From Frankiaceae bacterium (GTDB taxonomy: Bacteria; Actinomycetota; Actinomycetes; BP-191), in assembly GCA_035940575.1 (NCBI GenBank), contig DASZER010000043.1, forward strand, positions 130,961 through 194,960: a stretch of DNA of 64,000 nt, written 5' to 3'. This document shows positions 47,196-58,580 of this stretch, piece after piece. The notes beneath the pieces are model-generated. The model was not told where the DNA came from and did not search any database. It worked only from the letters and a program-made list of their open reading frames with translations. Position numbers and translations under genes: made by a program. Position 1 is the first letter of the stretch; the number at the start of each line of letters is the position of its first letter.

Positions 47196-48560
47196 CTACG
47201 GCAGCCGGAAGAGGTCCGAGTGGCGGCGGCGTTCGTCCGCCTCCGTCGTCTTCCGCGCCAGGTAGTCCTCCCGCATGGGCAGCGGCCGCGCGAGCTCGTC
47301 GACCCGGGCCTGGTCGTTCACGACGCCGATCGACGAGAAGAACGACGCCAGCGCCGTCCGGAACCGCACCACCCGTTCGGCGTCGGTCGGCGCGCCGTCG
47401 ATCGTCCGGGCGTGCTGGTGGTAGAAGCGGATGCCGAGCTGGTTCGACACGATGTCCTCGTAGCTGAACGCCGACTTCGCGCTGTCCTGCAGGAACTTGG
47501 TCCGCTGGTCCTCGTCGAGCTGGTCGAACAGCTCCCGTTGCGTGCCGCGCAGCGTCCGCTCCGCGAACGCGAGGGCGGCGAGCCGGGCCGCGCCGCCCGC
47601 GACCTGCTGCGGCGCCCGGAACATCGGCGTGTTCGGCGGGCGCACCTGGAGGAGCCGCAGCGTCGGGTGCTGCGTCGGCGGCGCGCCGAGGATCACGTAG
47701 TCGCGGATTCGCTGCTGGTCCGCCTCGATGCCGATGCCGCGGCTCGTCGCGGCGTCGAACGCCTGCTGCCGCGTCCGCCCCGCCACCGCGGCGTCCTGCT
47801 CGGCGTAGTCGATGAAACCGAAGAAGTGCTGGCAGTCGATCCACCCGTACGTCGTGGAGAAGACGTAGCGCGGGTGGACGCTCTCGATGCCGGGCCGGTG
47901 GTCGGGCTCGGTGAAGTGGCGGATGAACAGGTGCGTCCAGACGCGCCGCGCCAGCACGCCCGTCGTCACCGTTGCGGGGAAGTTCGTCCGGATCAGCGAC
48001 CAGCGGCGCCGCGTGGGGTCGGACGAGAGCGGGTGCGGCGACAGCGCGAGGATGCGTTCGGCCTCCACGACCATCTGGTCGGCGGTGGCGCGGCGGGGGT
48101 ACGTCGGCTCCCGCAGGATCACCGGACCCGTCGTGCGCAGGCGCCGTACGGCGGGCGCGCCGGCGAGCACCGCGACGTCGGCGTCGTGCTCCAGCGCGCC
48201 CGGGTCGCCGACCGGTCCTGCGCCGCGTTGCTGCAGCGTGTGCACGAGCTCGTGCGCGACCCGGAACCGCCCGGCGTGCGACGACGTCTCGAACATCGCC
48301 GGCGCGAAGAACACGTGCCGACCAACCGTGAACGCGTTGGCGTCGAGCGCCCGCGCGGCCGACGCGGCGAAGTCGTCGGTGTGCACCCGTACGTCGCCGA
48401 ACGACGTGCCGAAGTGCCGTTGCGCCCACGCCGCCACCGGCGAGGGCAGCGCGCTGCCGGGGCCGCGGTGGCCGCGCACGGCGGAGACGGCGCCGGCCGC
48501 GTCCCCGCGCGCCTGCGCCGCGGCCACCCGCTGCGCCGCGCGCGCCGCGTGCACCGTCAC
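47196..48560 (-). CDS. DUF4157 HExxH protein with unknown C-terminal domain; candidate eCIS cargo
   Basis: 454 aa, GTG start. DUF4157: FGTSFGDVRVHTDDFAASAARALDANAFTVGRHVFFAPAMFETSSHAGRFRVAHELVHTLQQ. In the C-terminal ~300 aa (e.g. YGWIDCQHFFGFIDYAEQ) I recognise no family. Confidence 0.85.
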   Translation of the reverse strand: MTVHAARAAQRVAAAQARGDAAGAVSAVRGHRGPGSALPSPVAAWAQRHFGTSFGDVRVHTDDFAASAARALDANAFTVGRHVFFAPAMFETSSHAGRFRVAHELVHTLQQRGAGPVGDPGALEHDADVAVLAGAPAVRRLRTTGPVILREPTYPRRATADQMVVEAERILALSPHPLSSDPTRRRWSLIRTNFPATVTTGVLARRVWTHLFIRHFTEPDHRPGIESVHPRYVFSTTYGWIDCQHFFGFIDYAEQDAAVAGRTRQQAFDAATSRGIGIEADQQRIRDYVILGAPPTQHPTLRLLQVRPPNTPMFRAPQQVAGGAARLAALAFAERTLRGTQRELFDQLDEDQRTKFLQDSAKSAFSYEDIVSNQLGIRFYHQHARTIDGAPTDAERVVRFRTALASFFSSIGVVNDQARVDELARPLPMREDYLARKTTEADERRRHSDLFRLP

Positions 48561-48581
48561 GGCCGCGACGATCCGCTCGCG

Positions 48582-48606
48582 GCGTCACCGCCGCGTCACC
48601 GGCGCC
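48582..48606 (-). promoter_or_regulatory. Two GTGACGC direct repeats spaced 11 bp, flanked by GGCGCC, upstream of DUF4157 gene c
   Basis: Plus-strand gcgtcac occurs at 48582-48588 and 48593-48599, and ggcgcc at 48601-48606. In transcription orientation this reads GGCGCCG GTGACGCGGCG GTGACGCCGCG, 22 nt before GTG 48560. Confidence 0.45.
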
Positions 48607-48643
48607 GTCCGTGCGAGACGTGGGGCCCGGCAGGGAGGCGTGA

Positions 48644-48680
48644 CACGGCCGCCGCCCCCGCGTGGGGGACGGCGGCCGTG
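48644..48680 (-). terminator. Long GC-rich hairpin, candidate intrinsic terminator after the small secreted-peptide gene
   Basis: CACGGCCGCCG-CCCCC-gcgt-GGGGG-a-CGGCGGCCGTG (16 bp of stem with one bulge, 4-nt loop). It starts 12 nt past the stop at 48692 in transcription direction. No U-tract. Confidence 0.5.
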
Positions 48681-48691
48681 GTGGTTCGGCG

Positions 48692-48868
48692 CTACGGCTT
48701 GGGCATCTCGACGCACGTACGCGTCGCCGTGATCCAGACCTGGCAGAAGCGGACGTTGTCCGGCGTGCAGCGGACGCCGGCCGCCGAGCCGCACCACGGC
48801 GCGGCGGAGGCGGGGACGGCGGCGGCGAGGCCGCCGGCGAGCAGGGCGACGGTGAGCAGACGCTTCAT
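48692..48868 (-). CDS. Small secreted Cys-containing peptide (hypothetical)
   Basis: Tail of track ORF 48692..48976 from ATG 48868, 58 aa: MKRLLTVALLAGGLAAAVPASAAPWCGSAAGVRCTPDNVRFCQVWITATRTCVEMPKP. Clear signal peptide and 4 Cys in the mature part. Confidence 0.5.
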   Translation of the reverse strand: MKRLLTVALLAGGLAAAVPASAAPWCGSAAGVRCTPDNVRFCQVWITATRTCVEMPKP

Positions 48869-49061
48869 GCGGGGGGCTCCTGGTGCGAGTCGGGGGGACG
48901 GGCAACGCCGCGGGGGCGCGGCGCGGAGTCGCAGTTCGTCACCGACGCGGCTGATCCTCCCGCCCGGCGACGGCACGTCGGCCGGTAATCAACGGCGCTC
49001 GCGGCGTGTGACACGTGTGCTCATGGCGAGCACGTAGTCCGATCCTTGAGGGGGGATCACT

Positions 49062-50054
49062 GTGTCCAAGCGCTTCACGCGCTGGTCCCGGCGCGCCGTC
49101 GTGCCGATCGTCGTGCTCGGTCTCTGCGCCGCCGCGACGCCGGCGAACGCGGCCGATCCGGCGCCGACGGCCGTCCGGGCCGAGAAGTTCCTCAGCGCCT
49201 CGATCACCGTCACCTACGTCCCCGGGGCGAAGGCGGTCGTGGTGCCCGGCGGCGACGCCGTGTGGGGGTTCACCTGCAAGACCAAGGACGACGGCGCGGG
49301 CAACGTCGACGTCCACTGCGACCGCATCCCGGTCCTCGGCGTCACGCTCGTCTGCTCGACCGTCACCGTGACGGGAACGACTCCGGCCACGCTGCCGTAC
49401 TCGCCTCGCCTCACGGCCGAGGGCTCCTGCTCCAACGCCGACGACACGTGGACCGAGCGCCTCGTCGCCCCGGGCAGCGTCCCCGACCCGAGGCCGCACG
49501 TGAACATCCCGACGTACGCGCTCGACTGCCACGTCGCGGCGGCGCCGACGGTCGCGTACACGGTCACGTGCGCGTTCGCGGGCAGCGTGCGCCAGTCGAT
49601 CCTGGGCGGCGTCACGATGACCGCGGACGAGACCGGCGCGGTGACGTTCTCGCTGTGGGGGGTCCTCAACTCGTCGCAGTGGACGTGCTTCTACGTGATC
49701 TGGCCGACGACGAGCCCCGGGCCGCCGACCGTGCGGTGCGAGGCGGTGCCGACGCCGAACATCCAGTGGTACTGCAACCAGACGGCCGTCACCGTCGTGG
49801 CACCCACGCCGGCCACGCGCCCGCAGACGCCGCTGCGCGTCCGCGGCCAGGTCTCCTGCGACAAGAACGACACGTTCCTGCCGTCGCCGGGGACGTACAG
49901 CACGCAGGAGGTCCCGACGCTCGGCAACGCCGAGTGGGACAACGCGGGCGGGTTCCTGAACATGGACACCGACACGTTCATCTGCCAGGCGTGGGGCCCG
50001 TTGAACACCCCGCTGCCGATCGGCCCGTGGGTCCTCGACTGCGCGGAGCCGTAA
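49062..50054 (+). CDS. Secreted Cys-rich hypothetical protein
   Basis: 330 aa, GTG start with GAGGGGGG upstream. Signal peptide MSKRFTRWSRRAVVPIVVLGLCAAATPANA and about a dozen Cys in the mature protein. No family recognised. Confidence 0.65.
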   Translation: MSKRFTRWSRRAVVPIVVLGLCAAATPANAADPAPTAVRAEKFLSASITVTYVPGAKAVVVPGGDAVWGFTCKTKDDGAGNVDVHCDRIPVLGVTLVCSTVTVTGTTPATLPYSPRLTAEGSCSNADDTWTERLVAPGSVPDPRPHVNIPTYALDCHVAAAPTVAYTVTCAFAGSVRQSILGGVTMTADETGAVTFSLWGVLNSSQWTCFYVIWPTTSPGPPTVRCEAVPTPNIQWYCNQTAVTVVAPTPATRPQTPLRVRGQVSCDKNDTFLPSPGTYSTQEVPTLGNAEWDNAGGFLNMDTDTFICQAWGPLNTPLPIGPWVLDCAEP

Positions 50055-50079
50055 GCCGCTGACGAGCCGCCCGCCCGGG

Positions 50080-51276
50080 TCACGGCCCGGGCGGGCGCTC
50101 CAGTGCGTCGATCGCGAGCACGACCGCCGCCGACGTCCACGCCAACGGCGCCGGCCCAGCCGGCGACCCGTCGTCCAGCACCTTCTCCGGCAGCGCGCCC
50201 CACGGGGTCCGCGTCGAGTCAAGCCAGTCGAGCCAGCGCGCGGCGGTGACGCGGTGGCCGGAGGCGGCGGCGGTGTACGCCACCACGGCCGTCTCGGGAG
50301 TCCACGAGACGCCGTCGTGGTGCCACTTGGACCCCGGCGCGAGGCCGCCCGCGGTGCGGTGCGCGGCGTTCTGGTAGCGCCGCCACGCGCGCACGACCTC
50401 GTCGTTCCCCGGCGCGAACGGCGGCATGAGGAACGCCACCGCCGCGTCCGTTCCCCCGGAGGAGCCGTAGCGCTGGTAGCCGCCGGGGCCGAAGCGCCGG
50501 TCCACGACCGCCGCCAGCGACGCCGCCGCGCCCGCGGCCCGCGCGGCCGACCGCGCGTCGCCCGCCGCCTCGAACAGCGGCACCGCCGCGCGCAACCCCG
50601 CGAGCAACGGCGCCACGGTCCCGAGCGTCACGCGGCTCTCGGGCAGCTCCCAGAAGTCCGGGCTCGGCCACGGCAGGCGGGTGCCGTTCTCCGTCTGCCG
50701 CAGCGCGAACGACGTCGCGCGGTACAGCAGCGGCCGCAGCCGCGCCGCCATGCCCTCGCGGTCGCCGTTGGCCGACGCGACCGACGACAGCGCCCACAAC
50801 GCCCACCCCGCGCCGTCCGACTGGCGCCGGCGCGAGTCGGGCGGACCCGAGCCGTCGGTGACGTAGCGCGCCTCGAATCCTCCGTCGTCCTCCTGCACCC
50901 GCTGGAGGAAGGCCAGCACGCGCTCCGCGTCCGCGCCGTGCCCCGTCCGCGCGAACGCCACCGCCGCGAACGCCGCGTCGCGCGGCCATACGTAGTGCCA
51001 GCCGCGCGCGGCCGCGGCGAGCGAGGCGCCGTTGGACAGCGTGAGCGCGCGCAGGTCGAGCAACGCCGTCCGCGCCAGGTCCTCCCACGGCGTCCCCGCT
51101 CCGGGCACCGAGCCCGAGGACAGCCACGCGGTGTCGGACGCGCGCTCGCGCCACGCGGGCCCGCCGAGCAGGACCGGCCTCGGCCTCGGACGCGGCTGCT
51201 CGGGCGCGGCGGCGGCGACCGACGTCGCGACGGCCAGCGCGGCGCCGGCCGCGGCGATCCAGCGCGACGGCCTCAC
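50080..51276 (-). CDS. Glycoside hydrolase family 15-like (glucoamylase-related) secreted protein
   Basis: Track ORF 50080..51396. Preferred start is GTG 51276 (VRPSRWIAAAGAALAVATSVAAAA signal). WHYVWPRDAAFAAVAFARTGH is the GH15 catalytic-domain motif. Confidence 0.75.
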   Translation of the reverse strand: MRPSRWIAAAGAALAVATSVAAAAPEQPRPRPRPVLLGGPAWRERASDTAWLSSGSVPGAGTPWEDLARTALLDLRALTLSNGASLAAAARGWHYVWPRDAAFAAVAFARTGHGADAERVLAFLQRVQEDDGGFEARYVTDGSGPPDSRRRQSDGAGWALWALSSVASANGDREGMAARLRPLLYRATSFALRQTENGTRLPWPSPDFWELPESRVTLGTVAPLLAGLRAAVPLFEAAGDARSAARAAGAAASLAAVVDRRFGPGGYQRYGSSGGTDAAVAFLMPPFAPGNDEVVRAWRRYQNAAHRTAGGLAPGSKWHHDGVSWTPETAVVAYTAAASGHRVTAARWLDWLDSTRTPWGALPEKVLDDGSPAGPAPLAWTSAAVVLAIDALERPPGP

Positions 51277-51413
51277 CCCCCGACCGTGCCACGCCGGCAC
51301 GGCGCGCGAGCGGCGAATTGCGATTGTCCGGAATCTCCTACGCCGTCCCGGCAAGCAGCGCGGCTCCGTGCCGTGGACTCCCCCTCCGATCCACACGAAG
51401 GGGGAACCACCGC

Positions 51414-51881
51414 ATGAGAAAGCCGCTCGCGGCGATGGCCGCGCTCGCCCTCGCCCTCCCGGGAACGGCGCACGCGCGCGTGCCGGCGGCGGCAGTGGGG
51501 CACGTCACGCTCCGCTCCGTTCGACTGCCGGCTCACGACGTGGAGCGGCATCCCGCTGGTCGAGTGCGTCGACCAGCAGACCGACCCGAACGTCGACTGG
51601 GACTGCACGCACTTCCTGCTCACGGCGTCCGCGCCCGCGCCGGGCACGACCGGCACCGGGGTCGTCCGCGGCCGCGTGGACTGCGACGGCCCGGCCGAGC
51701 TCGACACGTCGACGGTCGTCGGCTCGGACACGTCGTTCGCGGACAACTACGCGCCGCCGGTGACGCTCGGGCTCGCGGGGACCGTGCGCTGCTGGGGCTT
51801 CGGCCTCATGTCGGGCTCCGCCGCGAGCGGCTCGTGGGAGGTCGACTGCTGGAGCCGGGCGTCGCGAACCCGCTCGGCTAG
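51414..51881 (+). pseudogene. Possible frameshifted secreted Cys-rich protein gene
   Basis: The frame from ATG 51414 gives signal peptide MRKPLAAMAALALALPGTAHA and then turns Arg-rich. The +1 frame from about 51520 reads FDCRLTTWSGIPLVECVDQQTDPNVDWDCTHFLLTASAPAPGTTGTGVVRGRVDCDGPAELDTSTVVGSDTSFADNYAPPVTLGLAGTVRCWGFGLMSGSAASGSWEVDCW, but has no stop before running antisense into dnaE2. The only nearby stop (TAG 51879-51881) is in the first frame. Confidence 0.35.
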
Positions 51882-51933
51882 ACGCCCTCTCCGGCGCCCC
51901 GCGCGGCTTCGGCCGGCGCGGGGCGTCGCGGCG

Positions 51934-55214
<3,281 letters not shown>

Positions 55215-55215
<1 letters not shown>

Positions 55216-56762
55216 TAGTCGTACGCCGCCTCGACCCACCACCGGCCGACGCTGCGCGCGAGCAGCCGGGCGGCGCCGTCGTCGGTGACGACCTGCACGC
55301 GCGCCACCGCGCGGCGCGTGTCGGCGTCCCACCAGCGCTCGTCCACCGGCCACGGGCCCGCCCACCCGAGCACCGCCGCGTCCCGCAGCCCAGGCCCCGA
55401 CACGTGCGCGGGCCTCGCGGACAGCGCGCCGCGCTCGTCCACGTCGACGTCGCCGCCGCGCCGGTCGAGCAGCAGGACCGCGGGCTGGTTCTCGTACACG
55501 AGCGTCGGGCTCGGAGGCGGGATGCGGCCCGGCCACGGCGGTGAGCCGCCGTCGTACTCGGCTCCCCGTGGCTCCCCCCACGGCACGAGCCGGACCGCAT
55601 CCCGCGGCGAGCGCCCGCCCGCCGGCACGGCCACCCGCACGGCGTCGAAGCCGAGCAGGCCCTGCAGCCGCGCCAGCGCGACGGACGCACGTTCGTCGGC
55701 GTCGGTGGGGCCGCCCCACAGCGGGAGCTGCTGCCCCTCGTCGCGATGCACCTCGTCGGGCACGAGCCGCAGCGACGTCACGCCGCCGCTCGGCCGGTCC
55801 CGGCCGGTCAGCCACCCGGCGAGCTGCCAGCGGACGCGCTGCGCGACGGCGTTCGCCGACAGCGCCCCGTCCGCGCGCCACAGCCGCGACCTGTGCTCGC
55901 CGTGCTCGGTCTCGGCCTCGACGAGCACGCGCGTGCAGACGAGGCCGCGCTGCGCGAGGGCGTCGCGCAACGAGTCCGCCAGCGTCTTGGCGACGAACGC
56001 CAGCGGCTCCACCTGCTCCTCCGGCGGGTCCAGCTCCGCCTCGACCGCGAGGTCGGGCGCCGGCACCCGCGCGACGAGCGGCCGCTCGTCCAGGCCGCGG
56101 GCGAGCCGGTGCGCGAGCAGCCCGTCGGTCCCGAACCGCGACGCCACCCGCGCCGCGGGCAGCGCCGCGAACGCGCCCAGCGTCGGCAGCCCGAGCCGTA
56201 CGAGCAGGTCGGCGAGCTCCCAGCGTTCGAGCGCCGCGACCGGGTACGGCGCCAGGAACTCCGCGCTCCCGCCCGCGGGCACGAGCAGCCCCTCGCGCGC
56301 CGCGAGCCGCGACGCGAAGATCCCGTCGGCCACGCCGACCCGCGAAGGCGCCGCCATCGCGACGCCGGGCAGGCCCGACACCACGTCGTCCACGACCCCG
56401 CGCACCATCGCGGCGAGCGCGGCGTCGCCGCCGAAGTAGCGCGACGGCCCCTTCGTCCCGAACGCGCACGCGCCCGGCCGTACGACCTCCACGCGCGGGC
56501 ACACGTCCGCGAGCGCCGACGCCACCGCCTCGAACGCCCTCGCCTCCGCCGCCTCGTCGCGGTCGAGCACGCGCAGGCCCGGCGAGCGGCGTTGCGCCTC
56601 GCGGCGGCGCAGGCCGCGGCGTACGCCGTCCGCGCGCGCCGCCGACGACGCCGCCAGCACCTGCTCGCCCTCGATCACGACGGCCGCGACGTCCGGCGGC
56701 ATGCCGAGCGCCGCGAGCGGCCAGTCGGGGCACCACGCGGTGAGCGTGCGGGTGGCGGCCAC
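55215..56762 (-). CDS. imuB: ImuB, Y-family polymerase-like mutasome protein
   Basis: 515 aa. MAATRTLTAWCPDWPLAA... is a UmuC/DinB-like N-terminal fold pattern. Located between imuA' and dnaE2. Confidence 0.9.
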
Positions 56763-56763
56763 G

Positions 56764-57435
56764 TCAGGCCGGCCGGACCGCGCGAGGCCGCGGCCTCGGG
56801 TCGGGCCGCGGGTCGACCCGGTGCAGGGGGAACGTCACGTGCGCGCGCCGCTCCCGCGCCGCCGCCCCGCGCCCTGACGCCGCGACGCGGCACCGGCGCT
56901 CGGTGAGGCGGCCGTAGCCGTCGGGCGTGAGGCCGAGCCACCGCGACTCGGCGAGCCGCACGGTCAGGTCGCAGGCGTCGGGCCAGCCGCCGACGGCGAG
57001 GATCGCCGAGCGCCGCTCCCGCGCCCGCGCCGCGAGCCGCCGCGCCTCGGCGGGGCGCAGGGAACGCGCGTCCGGCTGGACCACGACGACGTCGACGCCG
57101 TCGAGCAGCGCCGCCACCGCCGTCGCGAGCTGCCCGCGGGTGTCCACGATCACCAGGCGGGTGAGGTCGATGCCGGTCTCGGCGGCGGCCGCCGGGTTGA
57201 GGTCGCGGACGCCGACGGCGGCGCACCACGAGCCGTTGGCGCTCGCCTCGGCGACCAGCGCGAGCGCCAGCCAGACCGAGCCCTCGACGGCCACGACCGA
57301 GCCGCGCGCGAGGCCGCCGCCGGGGAAGAGCGAGTCGAGCGGGCTGCGTACCGGCAGCAGCTCCCGCCCCGCCGGCAGCCCCGATCCGGGCGCCGCCGCG
57401 AGCCTCCCCCTCAGCTCCTCGACGACCACGGACAT
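56764..57435 (-). CDS. imuA: ImuA' (RecA/SulA-like mutasome component)
   Basis: 223 aa, first gene of the cassette. LDSLFPGGGLARGSVVAVEG is a RecA-fold-like P-loop remnant. A LexA box lies 10 nt upstream. Confidence 0.8.
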   Translation of the reverse strand: MSVVVEELRGRLAAAPGSGLPAGRELLPVRSPLDSLFPGGGLARGSVVAVEGSVWLALALVAEASANGSWCAAVGVRDLNPAAAAETGIDLTRLVIVDTRGQLATAVAALLDGVDVVVVQPDARSLRPAEARRLAARARERRSAILAVGGWPDACDLTVRLAESRWLGLTPDGYGRLTERRCRVAASGRGAAARERRAHVTFPLHRVDPRPDPRPRPRAVRPA

Positions 57436-57444
57436 AGGCCCTAT

Positions 57445-57460
57445 TCGAACATACGTTCGA
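57445..57460. promoter_or_regulatory. LexA SOS box
   Basis: TCGAACATACGTTCGA is a perfect match to the actinobacterial consensus TCGAAC-N4-GTTCGA, immediately upstream of imuA'. Confidence 0.85.
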
Positions 57461-57463
57461 TGC

Positions 57464-57874
57464 CTACGTCCAGGGGCCTACGCCTCCGTACCGCTCCGGC
57501 GTAATCCTCAGGACGTAGCCGGGCGGCGGGTCGGGCATCGGCGGGAACGTCACCCCCGGACCGACGTAGCCGTGCGCGAGCCGCTGGAGCAGCTCCGGCG
57601 CCCCGCCCTCGGTGATCCGGCCGCGCCCGGTGACGACGAGGTACTCGCGCAGCCCCATCTCGTTCGCCCGCTCCGTCTCGAACGACACGACCACGCGCGG
57701 GTCCCGCTGCACGTTGCGGAGCTTCTGCCGCATGCCGATCGAGCCGACCACGAGCTCCTCGTCCTCGACGCCCACCCACACGACGGTCACCTGCGGCGAG
57801 CCGTCGGGGTTCAGCGTCACCAGGTGGCCGAGCGGGTGCGAGTCGAGGACGGCGCGTACCGCGTCGGGGATCAT
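57464..57874 (-). CDS. PPOX-class (pyridoxamine 5'-phosphate oxidase fold) probable F420-dependent enzyme
   Basis: 136 aa. LGHLVTLNPDGSPQVTVVWVGVEDEELVVGS...KLRNVQRDPRVVVSF matches the family pattern. Confidence 0.8.
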   Translation of the reverse strand: MIPDAVRAVLDSHPLGHLVTLNPDGSPQVTVVWVGVEDEELVVGSIGMRQKLRNVQRDPRVVVSFETERANEMGLREYLVVTGRGRITEGGAPELLQRLAHGYVGPGVTFPPMPDPPPGYVLRITPERYGGVGPWT

Positions 57875-57882
57875 GACCCTCC

Positions 57883-58380
57883 GTGATCTACGAGACGGAA
57901 CGGCTCGTCGTACGCGACCTGACCGACGACGACGCGGAGGCGCTGTACGACCTCCACCGTAGGGACGAGGTGATGCGCTGGCTGGACCGTACGCTCTCCA
58001 CCGGACCCGCCGACGAGCTCGCGCGGCTGGCCCGCTGGCGCGGCGTACGTCAGGGACCGTACGGCTTCTTCGGCATCGAGGAGAAGGCCACGGGCCGCCT
58101 CGTCGGGGTGCTGGTGTTCAAGCCGTTCGACGACCTCCCGCACCTCGACCTCGGCTGGCGGCTGCACCCCGACGTCTGGGGCCGCGGCTACGCCACCGAG
58201 GCCGCGCGCGGCGCGATCGACAGGGCGTTCGGCGAGCTCGGGATCGAGGAGCTGGCCGCCACGACGCTGCCGGACAACGCCCGCTCGCGCGCCGTGATGG
58301 AGCGCCTCGGCATGACGTACGCGGGCGAGTGCGTCCACGCGAACCTGCCGCACGTGCTGTACCTCCTGCGCGCCTCCTGA
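57883..58380 (+). CDS. GNAT-family N-acetyltransferase (RimJ/RimL-like)
   Basis: 165 aa. ETERLVVRDLTDDDAEALYDL, LGWRLHPDVWGRGYATEAARGAIDRAF, and NARSRAVMERLGM. Confidence 0.85.
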   Translation: MIYETERLVVRDLTDDDAEALYDLHRRDEVMRWLDRTLSTGPADELARLARWRGVRQGPYGFFGIEEKATGRLVGVLVFKPFDDLPHLDLGWRLHPDVWGRGYATEAARGAIDRAFGELGIEELAATTLPDNARSRAVMERLGMTYAGECVHANLPHVLYLLRAS

Positions 58381-58418
58381 CTACGCTCGCGGCTCCCCCC
58401 TCACCACTGGAGGCACCC

Positions 58419-58580
58419 GTGCGCCGCATCGTCGCCGTCACCCTGCTCGCCGCCGCGTCGCTGACCGGCCTCGCCACCCCGGCGAGCGCCTGCACCGGCG
58501 TCGTCTGCGACACGATCTGCGACGCGTGGAACTCCAAGCTCGGCCAGCGGGTGTTCGGCGACACGTGCCCGCTGCGCTGA
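58419..58580 (+). CDS. Small secreted/lipoprotein-like Cys-rich peptide (hypothetical)
   Basis: Tail of track ORF 58329..58580 from GTG 58419, preceded by CTGGAGG. 53 aa: VRRIVAVTLLAAASLTGLATPASACTGVVCDTICDAWNSKLGQRVFGDTCPLR. Confidence 0.35.
   Translation: MRRIVAVTLLAAASLTGLATPASACTGVVCDTICDAWNSKLGQRVFGDTCPLR

Noticed and set aside
48585-48905. 106-aa ORF ending ...APVTRR, resembling the ...AVTAR end of the 60-aa ORF; considered as a family of small upstream ORFs
   Set aside because: The rest of the ORF is Arg/Pro-rich junk, and it overlaps the better-supported signal-peptide gene 48692..48868 in another frame. The shared ending is a consequence of the shared DNA repeat GGCGCCGTGACG, not of protein homology.
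21970-49000. A direct repeat of the tRNA-Arg 3' end (GGTTCGAATCCTACCGGGGGCACCA) that would delimit an integrated island
   Set aside because: I did not notice a second copy when reading the sequence around the candidate far boundary (42.7-50 kb), and there is no integrase. This was an eye scan only, so a computational search is needed before excluding it.
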